Numbered from the stretch's first letter, positions 22,091-35,915 are shown. The stretch is 64,000 bases of DNA from an uncultured cyanobacterium (GCA_963744145.1 CAVUSO010000001.1:288001-352000); one strand, 5' to 3'. A program made the numbers and translations. The notes: generated by a model not told the origin, from the sequence alone.

Positions 22091-22960
22091 TTAAGTATTT
22101 GCGATCGCTTGAGCTAAATTTCTTTGCTCATAAAAGTCAGACTGATCTTTGTTAGTGATAGAATTACTAGCATTGAGAGGAAAATTTATATTAATCTTCT
22201 TCGTCAATTTCTTGCGATTCTTGTCACCACAAACTGGACAATTAGGATCATGATAAGGATGGAGTTTAGCGAAATTTAAAATTGCTAAATCCATAGTTAG
22301 TAATTGAGACAAAAGCGGTTTACCCAGACCAGTTAATAACTTAATTGCCTCTAAAGCTGTTAAACAAGCCAGGGTTCCCGATACAGCTCCTAAAACCCCA
22401 AAACCACGTTTATCCCAATCAGGTTTTTCCGGAAAAATACAGGATAAACAAGGAGTTTCACCTGGAATAATTGTAGTTAAATATGCCTCCATATCATTCA
22501 TAGCTGCTTCTACCATTGGTTTATCCCAGCGTACACAAGCAGCATTTAACAGATCACGTTCAATGAAGTTGTGGGCACAGTCAAGCACTACATCTGCTGA
22601 TTGAACCAAAGCATCAACATTTTCTGGAGTAACATATTCACAAACAGCATCTATTTTGACATCCGGGTTAATTTCCTCCAAGGTATGTTTAGCTTTAAAA
22701 ACTCTCGGTTTACCTACCCAATCGTCAGTCATTAAAATCTGACGATTCATGTCATCTAAACGTAAGTTACCACCTCGAACTAAGATTAATTTTCCTACAC
22801 CTGCAACAGCTAAATAAAGCGCAGCAGTGCCTCCTAAACCACCAACACCCGTTACTAATACTCTTGATGATTTCAGTTTTTCTTGGGCTACTTCTCCAAA
22901 TCCAGGTAACATAATTTGGCGTTGGTAGCGTTCTAATTCAGTTGGGGTTAGTTTTGACAC
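22091..22960 (-). CDS. hesA: HesA (MoeB/ThiF family)
   Basis: RYQRQ, GVGGLG, NRQ, CLSC/CPVC; between nifW and hesB. Confidence 0.92.
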   Translation of the reverse strand: MSKLTPTELERYQRQIMLPGFGEVAQEKLKSSRVLVTGVGGLGGTAALYLAVAGVGKLILVRGGNLRLDDMNRQILMTDDWVGKPRVFKAKHTLEEINPDVKIDAVCEYVTPENVDALVQSADVVLDCAHNFIERDLLNAACVRWDKPMVEAAMNDMEAYLTTIIPGETPCLSCIFPEKPDWDKRGFGVLGAVSGTLACLTALEAIKLLTGLGKPLLSQLLTMDLAILNFAKLHPYHDPNCPVCGDKNRKKLTKKININFPLNASNSITNKDQSDFYEQRNLAQAIANT

Positions 22961-22972
22961 TGTAGTTTTTCC

Positions 22973-23290
22973 TTAATCAGCATTAATTTCAGTGAGCAGA
23001 ACTACATTTGCTGGTTTCTGATTAAACACTTTGAACAGTTTTTGGTCTAAAGAAGTAGAAGTCAGAAACAATTCGTAAGCATTTTGGAGTGCAGTTTGAT
23101 ATAAGCTAAGTTTTTCGGCTTCATCTTCTCCTGTCCAAGCAGCATCAATTTCTTTGACTAGCTGAGAAAATTTCTGCAAGATATGGAGACGATTGATATT
23201 CACAACTTGCGGATCGTAAGACAAATCAAAAAATTTGAAATAATCTTCCGCATCTACAAGTTTTTGAAAATCAGACAAAGTTTTACTCAT
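22973..23290 (-). CDS. nifW: Nitrogenase-protective protein NifW
   Basis: AEDYF..F..YDPQVVNINRLHIL. Confidence 0.93.
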   Translation of the reverse strand: MSKTLSDFQKLVDAEDYFKFFDLSYDPQVVNINRLHILQKFSQLVKEIDAAWTGEDEAEKLSLYQTALQNAYELFLTSTSLDQKLFKVFNQKPANVVLLTEINAD

Positions 23291-23519
23291 GGGCTTTCTC
23301 CTGAATTTTTAGCTGTCGTTTGAGTTGATCTAATTGCTGATAAATTGCATAAGTTTCGGCTGCCATATCCATTAGTTTTTCATAATCAGTTGGCAATCCT
23401 TCAGCTAGATCGTGAAGATCCATTTTTTGTTGCCCAGCTTTGCTGTTCAGTCGTTTGATTTGAGTTTTTAACTCCTCAATACTGAGATTAATTGGGATTG
23501 TTTCGGTGGATTGAACCAT
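23283..23519 (-). CDS. nif-associated small protein (CCE_0567/DUF683-like)
   Basis: KMDLHDLAEGLP motif; nif context. Confidence 0.85.
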   Translation of the reverse strand: MVQSTETIPINLSIEELKTQIKRLNSKAGQQKMDLHDLAEGLPTDYEKLMDMAAETYAIYQQLDQLKRQLKIQEKAHE

Positions 23520-23606
23520 AGTTTATTGTCCTCATGGTTTAGTTGGGATATCAAGCTGCATAAATAAAATTAGGATATTTAATGCAGCTTGAGGTTAAGT
23601 CGGGAA

Positions 23607-24083
23607 TTACAGCTTACCAACTTCAGGGAACCGTTTGGCTAACTCAATCCCAGATTTAGTCAATTTCTCCCCTTCAGCAGCTAATTTCTCGAAGGAATCA
23701 AAGCCAAAACGTTGAGCATCTCGTAAAGTTCTTGCTACCAGTAAAAGACGACCAGAAAAAACTAACGACCAACCAAAACCTTCGTGACTTAAATCGATGA
23801 CTACTTGAGACAGTAATCCAGTTTCTTTTTCAATTAGCGCAGCGATCGCGCGAAAAAACAACTGAATCCGACCCTTAGTATTTGGATCAACATCACCATC
23901 AACGGAAATTTTGCGTTTAGCTTCCCGAGTGACAATAAATGACTTCAGCATCAATTCATCAGTCCAATTGCGGTAAAATCCATAGGAATCTTCCGAACGA
24001 ACTTGACGAATTAGCTCTTGAATAAATGGATGTTCTAGAGCATTAGTTTGAGTTACTTCAGTGAGAGTTTCAGTGGTACTCAT
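23607..24083 (-). CDS. NifX-associated protein (DUF269)
   Basis: SHEGFG, LRDAQRFGF; directly after nifX. Confidence 0.88.
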   Translation of the reverse strand: MSTTETLTEVTQTNALEHPFIQELIRQVRSEDSYGFYRNWTDELMLKSFIVTREAKRKISVDGDVDPNTKGRIQLFFRAIAALIEKETGLLSQVVIDLSHEGFGWSLVFSGRLLLVARTLRDAQRFGFDSFEKLAAEGEKLTKSGIELAKRFPEVGKL

Positions 24084-24493
24084 ACAGCAGTTTCTTCCTC
24101 CAAATTATCTAAAAAGTTTGACTTTTGTTGTTGTAAGACTTTCCTCAACCAAGGGGGAGGATTGCCATTTAAAGTAGCGACTAACTTAGTGAGAACATCA
24201 GTAATCTCCTGTTCTTCAGATTGAGCTTTGACAGGAGTTATTCGGTTTTTCACTAAACGAGCAGCCGCACTCCCACCAATCGCTGAAACATAAACAATTG
24301 TGCAATCGGCAAGAGCTTCAATTTTGGGCAATAACTTGTCTTCATTACCATCTTCTTTCAGTTCACCTGCAAATTTTAAAGTTTCGACAAATTTATAACT
24401 CTCTGGTGTTACTTCATAAACATCAATCTTTTTTGCCCAACCAAAATGAGCATTAATATGAACGTTATCGTTGGTAGTAAATGCTATTTTCAT
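24080..24493 (-). CDS. nifX: NifX
   Basis: AHFG, IGGSAAA, PPPWLRK. Confidence 0.93.
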   Translation of the reverse strand: MKIAFTTNDNVHINAHFGWAKKIDVYEVTPESYKFVETLKFAGELKEDGNEDKLLPKIEALADCTIVYVSAIGGSAAARLVKNRITPVKAQSEEQEITDVLTKLVATLNGNPPPWLRKVLQQQKSNFLDNLEEETAV

Positions 24494-24543
24494 AATTAAC
24501 CTCTTACTGATGTTTGCTCTACCCTCTCCAGCTCAATCTCAAA

Positions 24544-25842
24544 TTAATGTTTAGATTCTTCTTGAGCCAAAAATAAATTACCAATCTCAAATAAAAGCTG
24601 TGTAGTACCTCGATAACCTACTGCACAACGTTGACCATTACCTAACTGATCTAAAATGGGAAAACCTTGACGAAACAGAGGAATATTTAATCTTTTCGAT
24701 ATGGATACTCCATGAGAATTAGTAATTAACAAATCTGAACCAACTGCTAATTCTTCAAAGTCTTCCAAATCACCGATCGTCACTGTTTCAATTGGTAATT
24801 TTTCCAAAGCTGGGGATTTAGTAGTTGTGACCGCTGCCTGAATTTCGGCTCCCATCCCCATTAATAATCCTACCATTGTAGATAACAAATCAGGTTCTAA
24901 TGCTAAAGAAACACGTTTACGTCCAAAGTAAAAATGAGTATCGAGCATAGCATCCTGTAACTGACGACGTTGGTAGCGATATTTTTCTGGAACAGGAATA
25001 CCACTCAAGTCAGACAATCCTTGCAAAAATTCATCGACCACTCCTAAACCAGTTACTTGGGGAAATACTTCATAGGGAATCCCAAACTGTTTTTCCAGAA
25101 TTTTGGCACTTTCTCTCATACTTTCACCCAAGGCTAAAGTATAGACTGAACTACCAATTTGTCTTAGTTCTGCTAATGTAGTTCCACCAGTCGTTACTGC
25201 ACCGTAGGAATCATCTAAATGACCATCCAAAGAACCAGATAAATTCGGTACAATAATGGGAATTAAGCCAAAAGCTGAAGTGATTTCTTTGATTTCCTGT
25301 ATATCACCAGGAGTAAAAGCAGAACTAAATAATAATGTCACTTGATGATGACGAGTTTCACCTAATTGGGGAAGTTCTCGCATCATACTTTCTACTGCTG
25401 CGGCAAATCCATCCTGTAAAGCACCTCGGAAGTCTGGTGTGGAGACAAAGACGATGGGTAAATCGTATAATTCTGGATGACGTTTGCGAATACTCTGAAG
25501 AATTCCTTTCATATCATCCCCCCGCGTTTCTGTTAGTCCAGTTGTGCAAAGACCAATAATTTGGGGATGAGACTTTTCTGCTAAAGTAAGAATTGCTTGT
25601 TCAACGTTTTCTTCTCCTCCTAAAATAGTAGTAATTTCTGTCATTGCTGTAGTCGAAAGAGGAATTGCTTCTCGGAAATGGCGCACTAAAGAGACTTTCG
25701 CAAAAGCAGTACAGCCTTGAGAGCCGTGGAATAACGGCATCATTCCTTTTAATCCTAAAAAAGCTAAAGCAGCACCTAATGGTTGACTTTGTTTCAGAGG
25801 ATTTACTGCTACTGATTTTTGACGGGTAATAATAGCAGCCAT
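24544..25842 (-). CDS. nifN: FeMo-cofactor scaffold NifN
   Basis: NPLKQSQPLGA, HGSQGC; ATG at 25842 just after nifE stop. Confidence 0.95.
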   Translation of the reverse strand: MAAIITRQKSVAVNPLKQSQPLGAALAFLGLKGMMPLFHGSQGCTAFAKVSLVRHFREAIPLSTTAMTEITTILGGEENVEQAILTLAEKSHPQIIGLCTTGLTETRGDDMKGILQSIRKRHPELYDLPIVFVSTPDFRGALQDGFAAAVESMMRELPQLGETRHHQVTLLFSSAFTPGDIQEIKEITSAFGLIPIIVPNLSGSLDGHLDDSYGAVTTGGTTLAELRQIGSSVYTLALGESMRESAKILEKQFGIPYEVFPQVTGLGVVDEFLQGLSDLSGIPVPEKYRYQRRQLQDAMLDTHFYFGRKRVSLALEPDLLSTMVGLLMGMGAEIQAAVTTTKSPALEKLPIETVTIGDLEDFEELAVGSDLLITNSHGVSISKRLNIPLFRQGFPILDQLGNGQRCAVGYRGTTQLLFEIGNLFLAQEESKH

Positions 25843-25843
25843 T

Positions 25844-27223
25844 TTAAACAGCCTCCTGTAGTTCCCACGGTGCTGGTTCACGGACCTGTGCCCAAATAGG
25901 ACTATATAAGGCTTCTTCTAATTCTCTAGCCATTGCGACCATCCCAGCATATCCAGAGTAGGAATGGTGACGTTCTTGGTTAATATCAAGAAAAGGTATT
26001 CTGGCTTTTAAAGCTGTATATTGATTGCGACCACCAGCAATTAACATATCAGCTTTAGTTTGAGCAATTACTTTCAGTAATTCTTGAGCATTACCTTTAT
26101 CCATCATAATGCCTTCTGCACCCAATAATTCCCGAATTTTAGCTTTATCTTCCTCGGTACTTTTTTTGGTGCTAGTCGCCACTACTTCCATTCCTAAATC
26201 TTTCGCTGCTGAGATAATTGACCAGCTTTTCACTCCTCCAGTATAAAGCACTACTCGTTTACCTTTAAGTCTGGCTCGATAGGGAGCTAATTTTTCAGTT
26301 AATTTAGTGGTTTCTTCAGTAATTAATGCTTCCACCCTAGCTTGTAATGTTCGATCGCCTAGTTTTTCCGCAATGTTCCGTAAGCAACGATTAATATCTT
26401 CTACACCATAGAAAGATTCTTCAATGTAGGGAATTCCGTAGCGTTCCTCCATTTTTCTAGCAATGTTAATAAGAGCTTTGGAGCAAATTGTCACATTTAA
26501 TTTGGCGCGGTGAGCATAACAAATTTCTTGATATCGAGCATCACCTGTCATTTTTGATAGCACACGAATGCCGAGTTTGTCAAATAAGGGCATGACATCC
26601 CAGAGTTCTCCAGCAATGTTATATTCACCAATTAGATTGATGTCATAGGGGGTGGTAAATTCTGGTTCAGCAGTACCAATAACATACTCTAAAAGGGATT
26701 CTCCTCCCACACGATTTCCTAAATTTTTGCTACCGATAAATCCGGGAGAGTTGACCGGAATCACCGGAGTTCCAGTTTTTTTAGCAGCAGCTTCACAAAC
26801 TACATCGATATCATCTCCAATTAATGCTGTGACACAGGTGGAGTAAACAAAAACTGCGGCTGGATTGTAACGTTGTTGGACTTCTAAAATGGCTTTGTAA
26901 AGTCTTTTTTCACCACCGAAAATAACATCGTTTTCACTTAAATCTGTGGTAAACCCCATCTTATAGAGATGGGAATCAGAGGAAAGACTACCCCGACTAC
27001 CCCAAGAATTGCCAGCACAAGCGATCGGTCCGTGAACTAGATGGGCTACATCCGTAATCGGTACTAAAGCGATCATTGCACCATCAAAAGCACATCCTCC
27101 TTGAGCAGCTCCTGGTTGGGCTTGTTGTTGACAAGCTTTCTTTTTTTCTTTATGTTTGTGATGGTTATGTTCACAACCTGGCTCGGTGAGGAGTTCGTTT
27201 ATTTTGCCTTGAGTAATTTTCAT
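25844..27223 (-). CDS. nifE: FeMo-cofactor scaffold NifE
   Basis: [29 protein letters not shown] at 27223. Confidence 0.95.
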   Translation of the reverse strand: MKITQGKINELLTEPGCEHNHHKHKEKKKACQQQAQPGAAQGGCAFDGAMIALVPITDVAHLVHGPIACAGNSWGSRGSLSSDSHLYKMGFTTDLSENDVIFGGEKRLYKAILEVQQRYNPAAVFVYSTCVTALIGDDIDVVCEAAAKKTGTPVIPVNSPGFIGSKNLGNRVGGESLLEYVIGTAEPEFTTPYDINLIGEYNIAGELWDVMPLFDKLGIRVLSKMTGDARYQEICYAHRAKLNVTICSKALINIARKMEERYGIPYIEESFYGVEDINRCLRNIAEKLGDRTLQARVEALITEETTKLTEKLAPYRARLKGKRVVLYTGGVKSWSIISAAKDLGMEVVATSTKKSTEEDKAKIRELLGAEGIMMDKGNAQELLKVIAQTKADMLIAGGRNQYTALKARIPFLDINQERHHSYSGYAGMVAMARELEEALYSPIWAQVREPAPWELQEAV

Positions 27224-27234
27224 ATCTTTCTCTA

Positions 27235-27564
27235 CTAGCAAATGTATTTGGTAACGTCTTCGTGACAAACAGCGGTTAAATAATCAAGCGCCCGAAAGCG
27301 TAAATAAACAAACTCGTCATATAGCGGATTGAGTTTACACAAAGGGGGAATGTGATAAGTCTTTCCAAATAGATGCAAAGTTCGCTCAAAGGGACAGCAA
27401 CAAGGAATAACTTGACAAATAACATGAGCAAGTTTGCGATCGCGTACTTCAAATCTATCCACCCATTGACGCAAAGGTAACAAAATATCGAATCTGGGAG
27501 TTTTTTGCGGAGCTAGGGGATGGTGATGCTCATGAGTATGTTGGGAATGGGTGATAGTAGCCAT
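27235..27564 (-). CDS. Mo-dependent nitrogenase C-terminal-domain family protein
   Basis: IPxxCPFER...[11 protein letters not shown]...LRFRAL; between nifK and nifE. Confidence 0.85.
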   Translation of the reverse strand: MATITHSQHTHEHHHPLAPQKTPRFDILLPLRQWVDRFEVRDRKLAHVICQVIPCCCPFERTLHLFGKTYHIPPLCKLNPLYDEFVYLRFRALDYLTAVCHEDVTKYIC

Positions 27565-27653
27565 CTGATTCACAAAATTAAATGTAGGAAATGGAAGAAA
27601 TTGAAAAAAGGGGAAATTGAATTAGTTTATTTCCCCTACACCCTAGCTCTGAT

Positions 27654-29192
27654 TTACCGAATCAAATCGTAGGAGATATCAGTTTTGGATGGGATAATAG
27701 TGTTGCGATCGAGTTCATCAAGCAGTGTATTAACAATCCAGTTCAGTAAGTTAATCGCACCTTGATAACCGTAGGTAGAGTAACGGTGTAAGTGATGACG
27801 GTCAAAGATGGGATAACCAATGCGGACTAAAGGTGTGTGGGTATCGCGCCAGAGATACTTACCGTAGGAGTTACCAATTAACAAGTCTACTGGTTCAGTA
27901 AATAACAGCGATCGCAAGTGCCACAAATCTTTTCCACCCCAGAGAGTTGCACCTTTACCAAAAGGACTAGCATCAAGGATTGCCTGTAATTCTTTAGCAA
28001 ACACATCATTACTGTTGCTTACCAAAATATGCACAGGTTCAGCACCAATTTCTAGTAAGAATTGAGTTAATCCAATTACCAAATCTGGATCACCATACAT
28101 TGCCACCCGCTTGCCATGTAGCCATGATTGGGAATCTGTCAGTGCATCTACTGCCCGTCCCCGTTCATCTTCTAATTCCGCAGGAATTGGTTTACCTGTT
28201 AGAGCCGATAATTTCATCAAAAATTCATCAGTTCCCCGGATACCTACAGGACGACTAACATAAGTAGGTTGCTTCCAATCAGTAGTAATGTAATCGCGAG
28301 TTTTAGGAGTTGAATAAGCCTGTAAAGCAATGGTTGCTTCTGCATTAATTGAATCAGCTGCTTCTTCTAGTGGTGTACCACCGGGATACATTTTGTATTC
28401 TCCCGTATTCGGCGAATCTAAATATTCCGAATTATCAGCTAGCAGGGTATAATTTATCCCCATCAAAGATGCAATTCTCTTGACTTCTCGCAAGTTACCA
28501 ATGTAAGTTTCAAAGCCGGGAATAAAGTTAATCTTACCGTTGGTTGTCTCAGCTTTTTTACCTGCTGTCAAATTCGATAAAATACCCTTCATCATATTGT
28601 CGTAACCCGTAATATGGGAACCGACAAAGCTAGGAGTGTGAGCGTAAGGAACAGGATATTCTTTAGGAACAGAACCCGCAGCCTTAGCATTATTAATAAA
28701 TGCTTGCAAGTCATCCCCAATTACTTCAGCCATGCAGGTAGTGCAGACAGCAATCATTTTGGGCTTGTAGAGATTATAGGAGGTCGCCAAGCCATCAATT
28801 AAATTATTTTGTCCACCGAACACCGCTGCATCTTCAGTCATAGAAGAAGACACGGCTGAAAATGGTTCTTTGAAGTGACGAGTAAAGTGAGAACGGAAGT
28901 AAGCTACACAACCTTGAGAACCGTGAACAAAGGGTAGAGTTGCTTCAAAACCTACTGCGGCTAAAATTGCTCCTAAAGGTTGACAAGCTTTAGCTGGGTT
29001 AACTGTTAAAGCTTCACGGGCAAAGTTTTGTTCGCGGTATTCCCAAGTTTTTGTCCATTCAGCAATTCTCGCTACTTCTTCCGGGCTATGTCCACCTTCA
29101 AATTCTTTCTTACCAGCAAATAACTGTTGATATTCTTCCTGATGGAATAGGGTTACGTGGTCTTGAATTTGGTCTATATTGTTCTGAGGCAT
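27654..29192 (-). CDS. nifK: Nitrogenase MoFe protein beta chain
   Basis: [28 protein letters not shown]. Confidence 0.98.
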   Translation of the reverse strand: MPQNNIDQIQDHVTLFHQEEYQQLFAGKKEFEGGHSPEEVARIAEWTKTWEYREQNFAREALTVNPAKACQPLGAILAAVGFEATLPFVHGSQGCVAYFRSHFTRHFKEPFSAVSSSMTEDAAVFGGQNNLIDGLATSYNLYKPKMIAVCTTCMAEVIGDDLQAFINNAKAAGSVPKEYPVPYAHTPSFVGSHITGYDNMMKGILSNLTAGKKAETTNGKINFIPGFETYIGNLREVKRIASLMGINYTLLADNSEYLDSPNTGEYKMYPGGTPLEEAADSINAEATIALQAYSTPKTRDYITTDWKQPTYVSRPVGIRGTDEFLMKLSALTGKPIPAELEDERGRAVDALTDSQSWLHGKRVAMYGDPDLVIGLTQFLLEIGAEPVHILVSNSNDVFAKELQAILDASPFGKGATLWGGKDLWHLRSLLFTEPVDLLIGNSYGKYLWRDTHTPLVRIGYPIFDRHHLHRYSTYGYQGAINLLNWIVNTLLDELDRNTIIPSKTDISYDLIR

Positions 29193-29329
29193 GATTCGAT
29201 CTCCAATATTTATGAGGGAGTGTACTGTATAATAAAAAACTTGTATCTAGGAGGGACTAAGGATGAAGGTGAAGAGATAGTTTTGAGGGTTTTGAAATTT
29301 TATCCTTCACCCTTAGTAGTGTTTCCCTA

Positions 29330-30823
29330 CTATGCTTTGGTTACTTCTTCCTTCTTCCAAGGAGCGCCAATTAATCCCCAAGTTGGACTATTAAGGGCTA
29401 AATCCATATCACGAGCGAAGATAGCGAAACCATCATAACCATGATAAGGACCGGAATAATCCCAAGAGTGCATTTGGCGGAAAGGAAGTGCCATTTTTTG
29501 GAAGACATACTTTTCTTTAATCCCAGAAGCAATCAAATCTGGTTTGAGTTCCTTGACAAAATGCTCGAACTCATAAGCAGAAACGTCATCATAAATTAAG
29601 GTGCCGTTTTCAATGTAATGAGTTGTGCGTTTGTAGTCATCATTGTGACCAAACTCATAACCTGTACCAACTAGCTTCATTCCCAAATCGTGGAAAGCGG
29701 GAACAACGTGACGGGGACGCAAACCACCCACCATTAAAGCGACAGTCTTACCTTCCAAGCGGGAGTAGAATTTGTCAAGAACTGCTTTAGTTTGAGCTTC
29801 GTACTTAGCAATTACTTTCTCAGCATTATCTTGGATGGTTTGGTCAAACTTGCTCGCAATTTCTCGCAGAGATGCAGCGATTTGAGTTGGACCGAAGAAG
29901 TTGTATTCTAACCAGGGAATACCATAAGCTTCTTCCATGTGACGGCTAATATAGTTCATGGAGCGATAGCAGTGAACTAAATTTAGCTTCACGGTTGGAG
30001 TCATCATCATCTCGTGAAGTGTGCCGTCTCCAGACCATTGAGCTACTACTCGTAAACCAATTTCTTCAAGAAGAATCCGGCTCGACCAAGCATCACCACC
30101 GATGTTGTAGTCTCCGATAATTGCGACATCGTAGGGAGTACCTTCAATGCCTAATTCTTTCTTTTTCTTGTTTGCTTGGGGGAAAACCCAATCCCGAACA
30201 GCGTCGTTAGCAATGTGGTGTCCGAGGGATTGAGATACACCCCGGAATCCTTCACAACGTACAGGTACAACAGTTTTGCCAATTTCTTTACTGGCTTTCT
30301 TAGCTACAGCTTCAATGTCGTCTCCAATTAGACCGATCGGACATTCAGACTGAATTGAAACACCTCTATTCAGGGGGAATAATTGATCTAATTCAGTAAT
30401 TAGTTGAGCAAGTTTTTTGTCACCACCAAATACGATGTCTCTTTCTTGGAAATCGGAGGTAAATTGCATTGTGCCAAAGCTATCAATGCCTGTAGTTCCG
30501 ATATAATAATTACGCCGACCAGACCAGGAATAATAACCACAACCGACAGGACCATGACTGATATGAATCATGTCTTTAATTGGTCCCCAGACTACGCCTT
30601 TTGATCCAGCGTAAGCGCAACCGCGTGTAGTCATGGAGCCAGGAACAGATTTAATATTAGATTTAACACCGCAGTCCGACTTACCTTCTTCAAAGACGTT
30701 GAGATGTTTTTCCCGTTTTTTCTTGGCTTTATCAGGGTAAACTTCTAGGGCTTCTTTGATCAGTTCTTTTCTTTCTTCAATTAATTCTTTGGGATCAACT
30801 GTGGGGGATTCAATAGGAGTCAT
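29330..30823 (-). CDS. nifD: Nitrogenase MoFe protein alpha chain (uninterrupted)
   Basis: RGCAYAG, HGPVGC, SECP, SQSLGHH, VHCYRS, QMHSWDY. Confidence 0.98.
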   Translation of the reverse strand: MTPIESPTVDPKELIEERKELIKEALEVYPDKAKKKREKHLNVFEEGKSDCGVKSNIKSVPGSMTTRGCAYAGSKGVVWGPIKDMIHISHGPVGCGYYSWSGRRNYYIGTTGIDSFGTMQFTSDFQERDIVFGGDKKLAQLITELDQLFPLNRGVSIQSECPIGLIGDDIEAVAKKASKEIGKTVVPVRCEGFRGVSQSLGHHIANDAVRDWVFPQANKKKKELGIEGTPYDVAIIGDYNIGGDAWSSRILLEEIGLRVVAQWSGDGTLHEMMMTPTVKLNLVHCYRSMNYISRHMEEAYGIPWLEYNFFGPTQIAASLREIASKFDQTIQDNAEKVIAKYEAQTKAVLDKFYSRLEGKTVALMVGGLRPRHVVPAFHDLGMKLVGTGYEFGHNDDYKRTTHYIENGTLIYDDVSAYEFEHFVKELKPDLIASGIKEKYVFQKMALPFRQMHSWDYSGPYHGYDGFAIFARDMDLALNSPTWGLIGAPWKKEEVTKA

Positions 30824-30942
30824 CAGTCTGCCTCTTTAGAGTGAGTAGGGAATAAAAAATAGAGAATAGGGGAATAGGTGTTAGGTTTAGATCAGGAAAT
30901 ATTCCTTCTTGTTTCTCTCCCCTATCCCCTAATTACTAGGGT

Positions 30943-31911
<969 letters not shown>

Positions 31912-32014
31912 TCAGACTGAAGTCTCAATTTGAGGAAATTGGAGTCTGAAACTTATCTACATCGGTGGAGGACGTACCTCTTGCTCGCTTTTTTCTTTCA
32001 TGATTAAGACCTGG

Positions 32015-32914
32015 TTAGAGGGATTGAACTACTAAACTTGGCAATACTTTCTCTTGCAAAGTCTTTTCAATTAATCCTTTGAGAGTTGCAGTGCTACTCG
32101 GACAAGAACCACAAGCTCCTTTGAGGAAAACTTTGACTGTATCTCCTTCTATGTCATAAAGTTCTACATCACCTCCATCGGCAATTAGCAATGGGCGGAC
32201 ATCTTCGAGTAAAACTTTTTGAATTAGGGAAATCTTTTGAATGGTGGTTAGTTGGGAAGATGATGATTGATAACTAACGTCTTTGGCAAAAGCAATCTCA
32301 GTGGCAACTTTGGTGATGTTGTCTTTTTCTTTTAGCACTTCGGCAATTAAATCGTCAATTGGAGATAAACAAGAACCACATCCACCCCCAGCTTTAATGT
32401 AGCTAGTTACTTGTTCGGCTGTAGTTAAGTTATTTTCAACAATTACCCGCCGAATTTTTGGTTCACTGATGCCAAAACAACTACAAATTAAAGTACCTTC
32501 GTCTTCTTCATGTTCTTCGATTTCAATACCGCGATATTTGTAAATGGCGGCTTCTAAGGCTTCTTGTCCCATGACAGAACAGTGCATTTTTGCTTCTGGT
32601 AAACCACCCAGAAAATCAGCGATTTCTTTGTTGGTGATTTTTAAGGCTTGATCTAAGGTTAAACCTTTGACTAATTCGGTGAGCGCAGAAGAGGAGGCGA
32701 TCGCACTGGTACAACCAAAGGTTTGAAAGCGAGAATCAAGGATAGTATCTGTGTCTTGATTGATCTTCAGATGTAATCTTAACGCATCACCACAAGCAAT
32801 ACTACCGACTTCACCGAAGACTACAGCAATTCCTGGTTCGTTAGGGTCTTCGATCGCACCTTGATTTTTCGGGTTGTAAAATAGGTCTAATACTTTTTCT
32901 GTGTAGTCCCACAT
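32015..32914 (-). CDS. nifU: Fe-S scaffold NifU
   Basis: MWDYT, ACGD, FGC, MHC, CSC...CGSC, GACGSC. Confidence 0.96.
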   Translation of the reverse strand: MWDYTEKVLDLFYNPKNQGAIEDPNEPGIAVVFGEVGSIACGDALRLHLKINQDTDTILDSRFQTFGCTSAIASSSALTELVKGLTLDQALKITNKEIADFLGGLPEAKMHCSVMGQEALEAAIYKYRGIEIEEHEEDEGTLICSCFGISEPKIRRVIVENNLTTAEQVTSYIKAGGGCGSCLSPIDDLIAEVLKEKDNITKVATEIAFAKDVSYQSSSSQLTTIQKISLIQKVLLEDVRPLLIADGGDVELYDIEGDTVKVFLKGACGSCPSSTATLKGLIEKTLQEKVLPSLVVQSL

Positions 32915-32954
32915 GGCAGTTTTCCAAATTAGAGGTAGGGGGAATATAAAGGGT

Positions 32955-34166
32955 TTATCTATTAGCTGCAACTACTTCTTCTTGTCTACCTTGTAGCCAT
33001 TCAGCAGCATCATTATTGAATGGTGAAAGGGCACGTAACCGCTCAACAATTCCTGGCATTACAGTTAAGACTTGTTCAATTTCTGTCTCAGTTGTGTAAC
33101 GACTTAGACTAAAGCGGATCGAACCGTGAAGAATCACGTAGGGTAAACCCATTGCTCGCAAAACGTGGGAAGGTTCTAAGGAGCCTGAAGTACAAGCAGA
33201 ACCAGAAGAAGCACAGATTCCATATTGATCTAATGAAAGTAAGATTGCTTCCCCTTCAATATATTTGAAACCAATATTAGTGGTGTTAGGTAAGCGATTA
33301 GCTGGATCACCGTTGACTTCACAATCAGGAATATTTGAGAGCAAAGTTTTTTCTAAGCGATCGCGTAATCTGCCTTCTCGTTTAATTGCTTCCGGGAGAT
33401 GTAGTAATTCTAATTCTGCGGCTTTTCCTAAACCAATTATTCCAGGTACATTCTCAGTTCCCGCTCTCCGTCCCCGTTCTTGATGTCCACCAATTAACAA
33501 GGGACGGAAGTGAAAACCGCGTCGCACATATAAGGCACCAACACCTTTAGGAGCATGTAATTTATGACCGGATAAGGTGAGTAGGTCAATGGTACTGTTC
33601 TTCATATTGAGAGGAACTTTACCAACTGCTTGCACCGCATCAACATGGAAAATTGCACCGTATTCTTTAGCTAATGAACCGATTTGTTCGATGGGGAAAA
33701 TTGTACCGGTTTCATTGTTAGCATACATCGTCGAAACTAAAGCTGTGTTTCCAGTTAATGCTGCTTCCAATTCCATCAAATCTAATTGTCCCTGACGGTT
33801 CACTGAAAGATAGGTGACAGTGTAACCTTGTTTTTCCAGTTGTTTACAAACATTTATGACCGCAGCGTGTTCGACTTGGGTAGTGATAATATGCTTTCTA
33901 TTTGGTTGAGCAGCTAAGGCAGCACGAATCGCTGTATTATTACTTTCACTACCGCAACTGGTAAAAACAATTTCTGCATCATCAGCTCCCAAAAGACCTG
34001 CAACTTGTGCCCTGGCTTGTTTTACTGCTTTTCCGACTTTCCCACCAAAGGTGTGCATACTGGAGGGATTACCATAATGTTCGGTCAGGTAGGGTAGCAT
34101 TGCTTCTAATACTAAGGGATCTACCTTGGTCGTGGCGTTATTATCTAGGTAAATACAAGTTGGCAT
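32955..34166 (-). CDS. nifS: Cysteine desulfurase NifS
   Basis: YLDNNATT, SGHKLH, SSGSACTS; upstream of nifU. Confidence 0.96.
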   Translation of the reverse strand: MPTCIYLDNNATTKVDPLVLEAMLPYLTEHYGNPSSMHTFGGKVGKAVKQARAQVAGLLGADDAEIVFTSCGSESNNTAIRAALAAQPNRKHIITTQVEHAAVINVCKQLEKQGYTVTYLSVNRQGQLDLMELEAALTGNTALVSTMYANNETGTIFPIEQIGSLAKEYGAIFHVDAVQAVGKVPLNMKNSTIDLLTLSGHKLHAPKGVGALYVRRGFHFRPLLIGGHQERGRRAGTENVPGIIGLGKAAELELLHLPEAIKREGRLRDRLEKTLLSNIPDCEVNGDPANRLPNTTNIGFKYIEGEAILLSLDQYGICASSGSACTSGSLEPSHVLRAMGLPYVILHGSIRFSLSRYTTETEIEQVLTVMPGIVERLRALSPFNNDAAEWLQGRQEEVVAANR

Positions 34167-34229
34167 AGTCTTGTCCTTTGTGGGAATTGAAGATGGGAAA
34201 TATGGGGAAGTGGGAATTATTTCGATTAC

Positions 34230-35672
34230 TTACAGACAACCGACGATTTCAGGAACAGCTTCGGTGCTTTTGAGAATATGGCGATCGTAAAATGCCCGGG
34301 CTACTTTTTCGATCACGTCGTAGGCTTCAACTACAATTAATCCTGCTGTTTCTAGATCAGCTTTCGGACATTCACCTACTTTGGAAACTAGAATTGCTTT
34401 ACAGTCAGCGATCGCTTTAATGGTGTGTTCTAAAGTCGCTTCTTCACCATAACCGCTTTGACAGTAATGATCGATTTTGCGATGACCAACAAATTTAGCT
34501 TCGTTAGCATCTACTTCATAAATTTGAAACTCTTTCGCGTGACCGAAGTGTTGATTAACTAAACCTCCACCTTTAGTAGCTACAGCAACCAGAACCTTTG
34601 GACTATCCGCAACTTTTTGAGTCGGTTTAACTTTTTGCTTGGCTAATTTCAATTCTTCTTTGAATTTCTCAATTCCAGCATGAACTTCTTGCCGTGTTTC
34701 TATGTTATAATCTGACTCCATTTCCATGAACTTATCTTTGGTGAATTCTTGACTTCTGTCTTCACCTAAGAGTCCCACTGCATCAGCTCGACATTGACGA
34801 CAGTGACGCATCATCTTCATGTTACCAGCACAGTTATCTTGGACTGTTTTTAGTTCTTTTGGTGTTGGACCACGTTGACCATTTAGACCAAAATATGTGC
34901 CATGCTCTGGAGCAGAAATTAGCGGCATGATATTGTGGAGAAATGCTCCTTTGGAACGAATCACTTCATTTACTTCTGGTAAATGGTGGTCATTAATTCC
35001 TGGAATCATCACCGAGTTAACTTTGCACAGAATGTCAGCTTCTTGAAGTGCTTGTAAACCTTCCATTTGTCGTTCGTGGAGGATTCGAGCTGCTTCAATT
35101 CCTTTGTAGCGTTTCCGACGATAATGAACCCAAGGATAAATTTTCGCTCCGATTTCTGGATCTACCATATTAATAGTGATGGTAACGTGATCCACGTTCA
35201 GCTGCTTAATCCTGTCTACATAATCGGGCAACATCAAACCGTTAGTTGATAAACAAAGCTTGATATCTGGAGCTTTCTCGGCAATTAATTCAAAGGTACG
35301 GAAAGCTTTTTCTGGATTTGCTAGAGGATCTCCGGGACCGGCAATTCCTAATACACTCATTTGGGGAATTTTGCCCGCAATTACTAATACTTTGTGGGCT
35401 GCTTCTTCCGGAGTTAGTAATTCACTAACAACTCCTGGACGACTTTCATTGGCACAGTCATATTTACGGTTACAATAGTTACATTGAATATTGCAAGCAG
35501 GAGCAACAGCTACGTGCATTCTCGCGTAATGATGATGTGCTTCTTCACTATAACAAGGGTGGTTTTCGATCCGTTTTTTTAGTTTTTCGTCAACGTTGTC
35601 GGTAGAAGTACCACAGCTTGAAGAACTACAACCGCTAGAGTGATTAGTAAGGATTCCAGGTTGATGTGTCAT
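34230..35672 (-). CDS. nifB: Radical SAM protein NifB with C-terminal NifX-like domain
   Basis: [34 protein letters not shown]. Confidence 0.97.
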   Translation of the reverse strand: MTHQPGILTNHSSGCSSSSCGTSTDNVDEKLKKRIENHPCYSEEAHHHYARMHVAVAPACNIQCNYCNRKYDCANESRPGVVSELLTPEEAAHKVLVIAGKIPQMSVLGIAGPGDPLANPEKAFRTFELIAEKAPDIKLCLSTNGLMLPDYVDRIKQLNVDHVTITINMVDPEIGAKIYPWVHYRRKRYKGIEAARILHERQMEGLQALQEADILCKVNSVMIPGINDHHLPEVNEVIRSKGAFLHNIMPLISAPEHGTYFGLNGQRGPTPKELKTVQDNCAGNMKMMRHCRQCRADAVGLLGEDRSQEFTKDKFMEMESDYNIETRQEVHAGIEKFKEELKLAKQKVKPTQKVADSPKVLVAVATKGGGLVNQHFGHAKEFQIYEVDANEAKFVGHRKIDHYCQSGYGEEATLEHTIKAIADCKAILVSKVGECPKADLETAGLIVVEAYDVIEKVARAFYDRHILKSTEAVPEIVGCL

Positions 35673-35915
35673 TGAATTACTGGGGGTTTAGTGGGTTGAT
35701 AAATCGCTACAGTAAATATGAACAATTAGATTCATTAACTTTTCCCGGAATCCATTGGTTAATTTGGCTTTTAGTATTTGTTTGATGATTAACAATTACC
35801 TTAATCAAAGTACCTTTGGCGGGTTAAGCACTTGGCGTTATGAGATTTATAGCAGCCAGTAAATTCTGGGTAGGAATGACCGGGCTGGATAAAATTTATT
35901 AAACTAATTAAGACT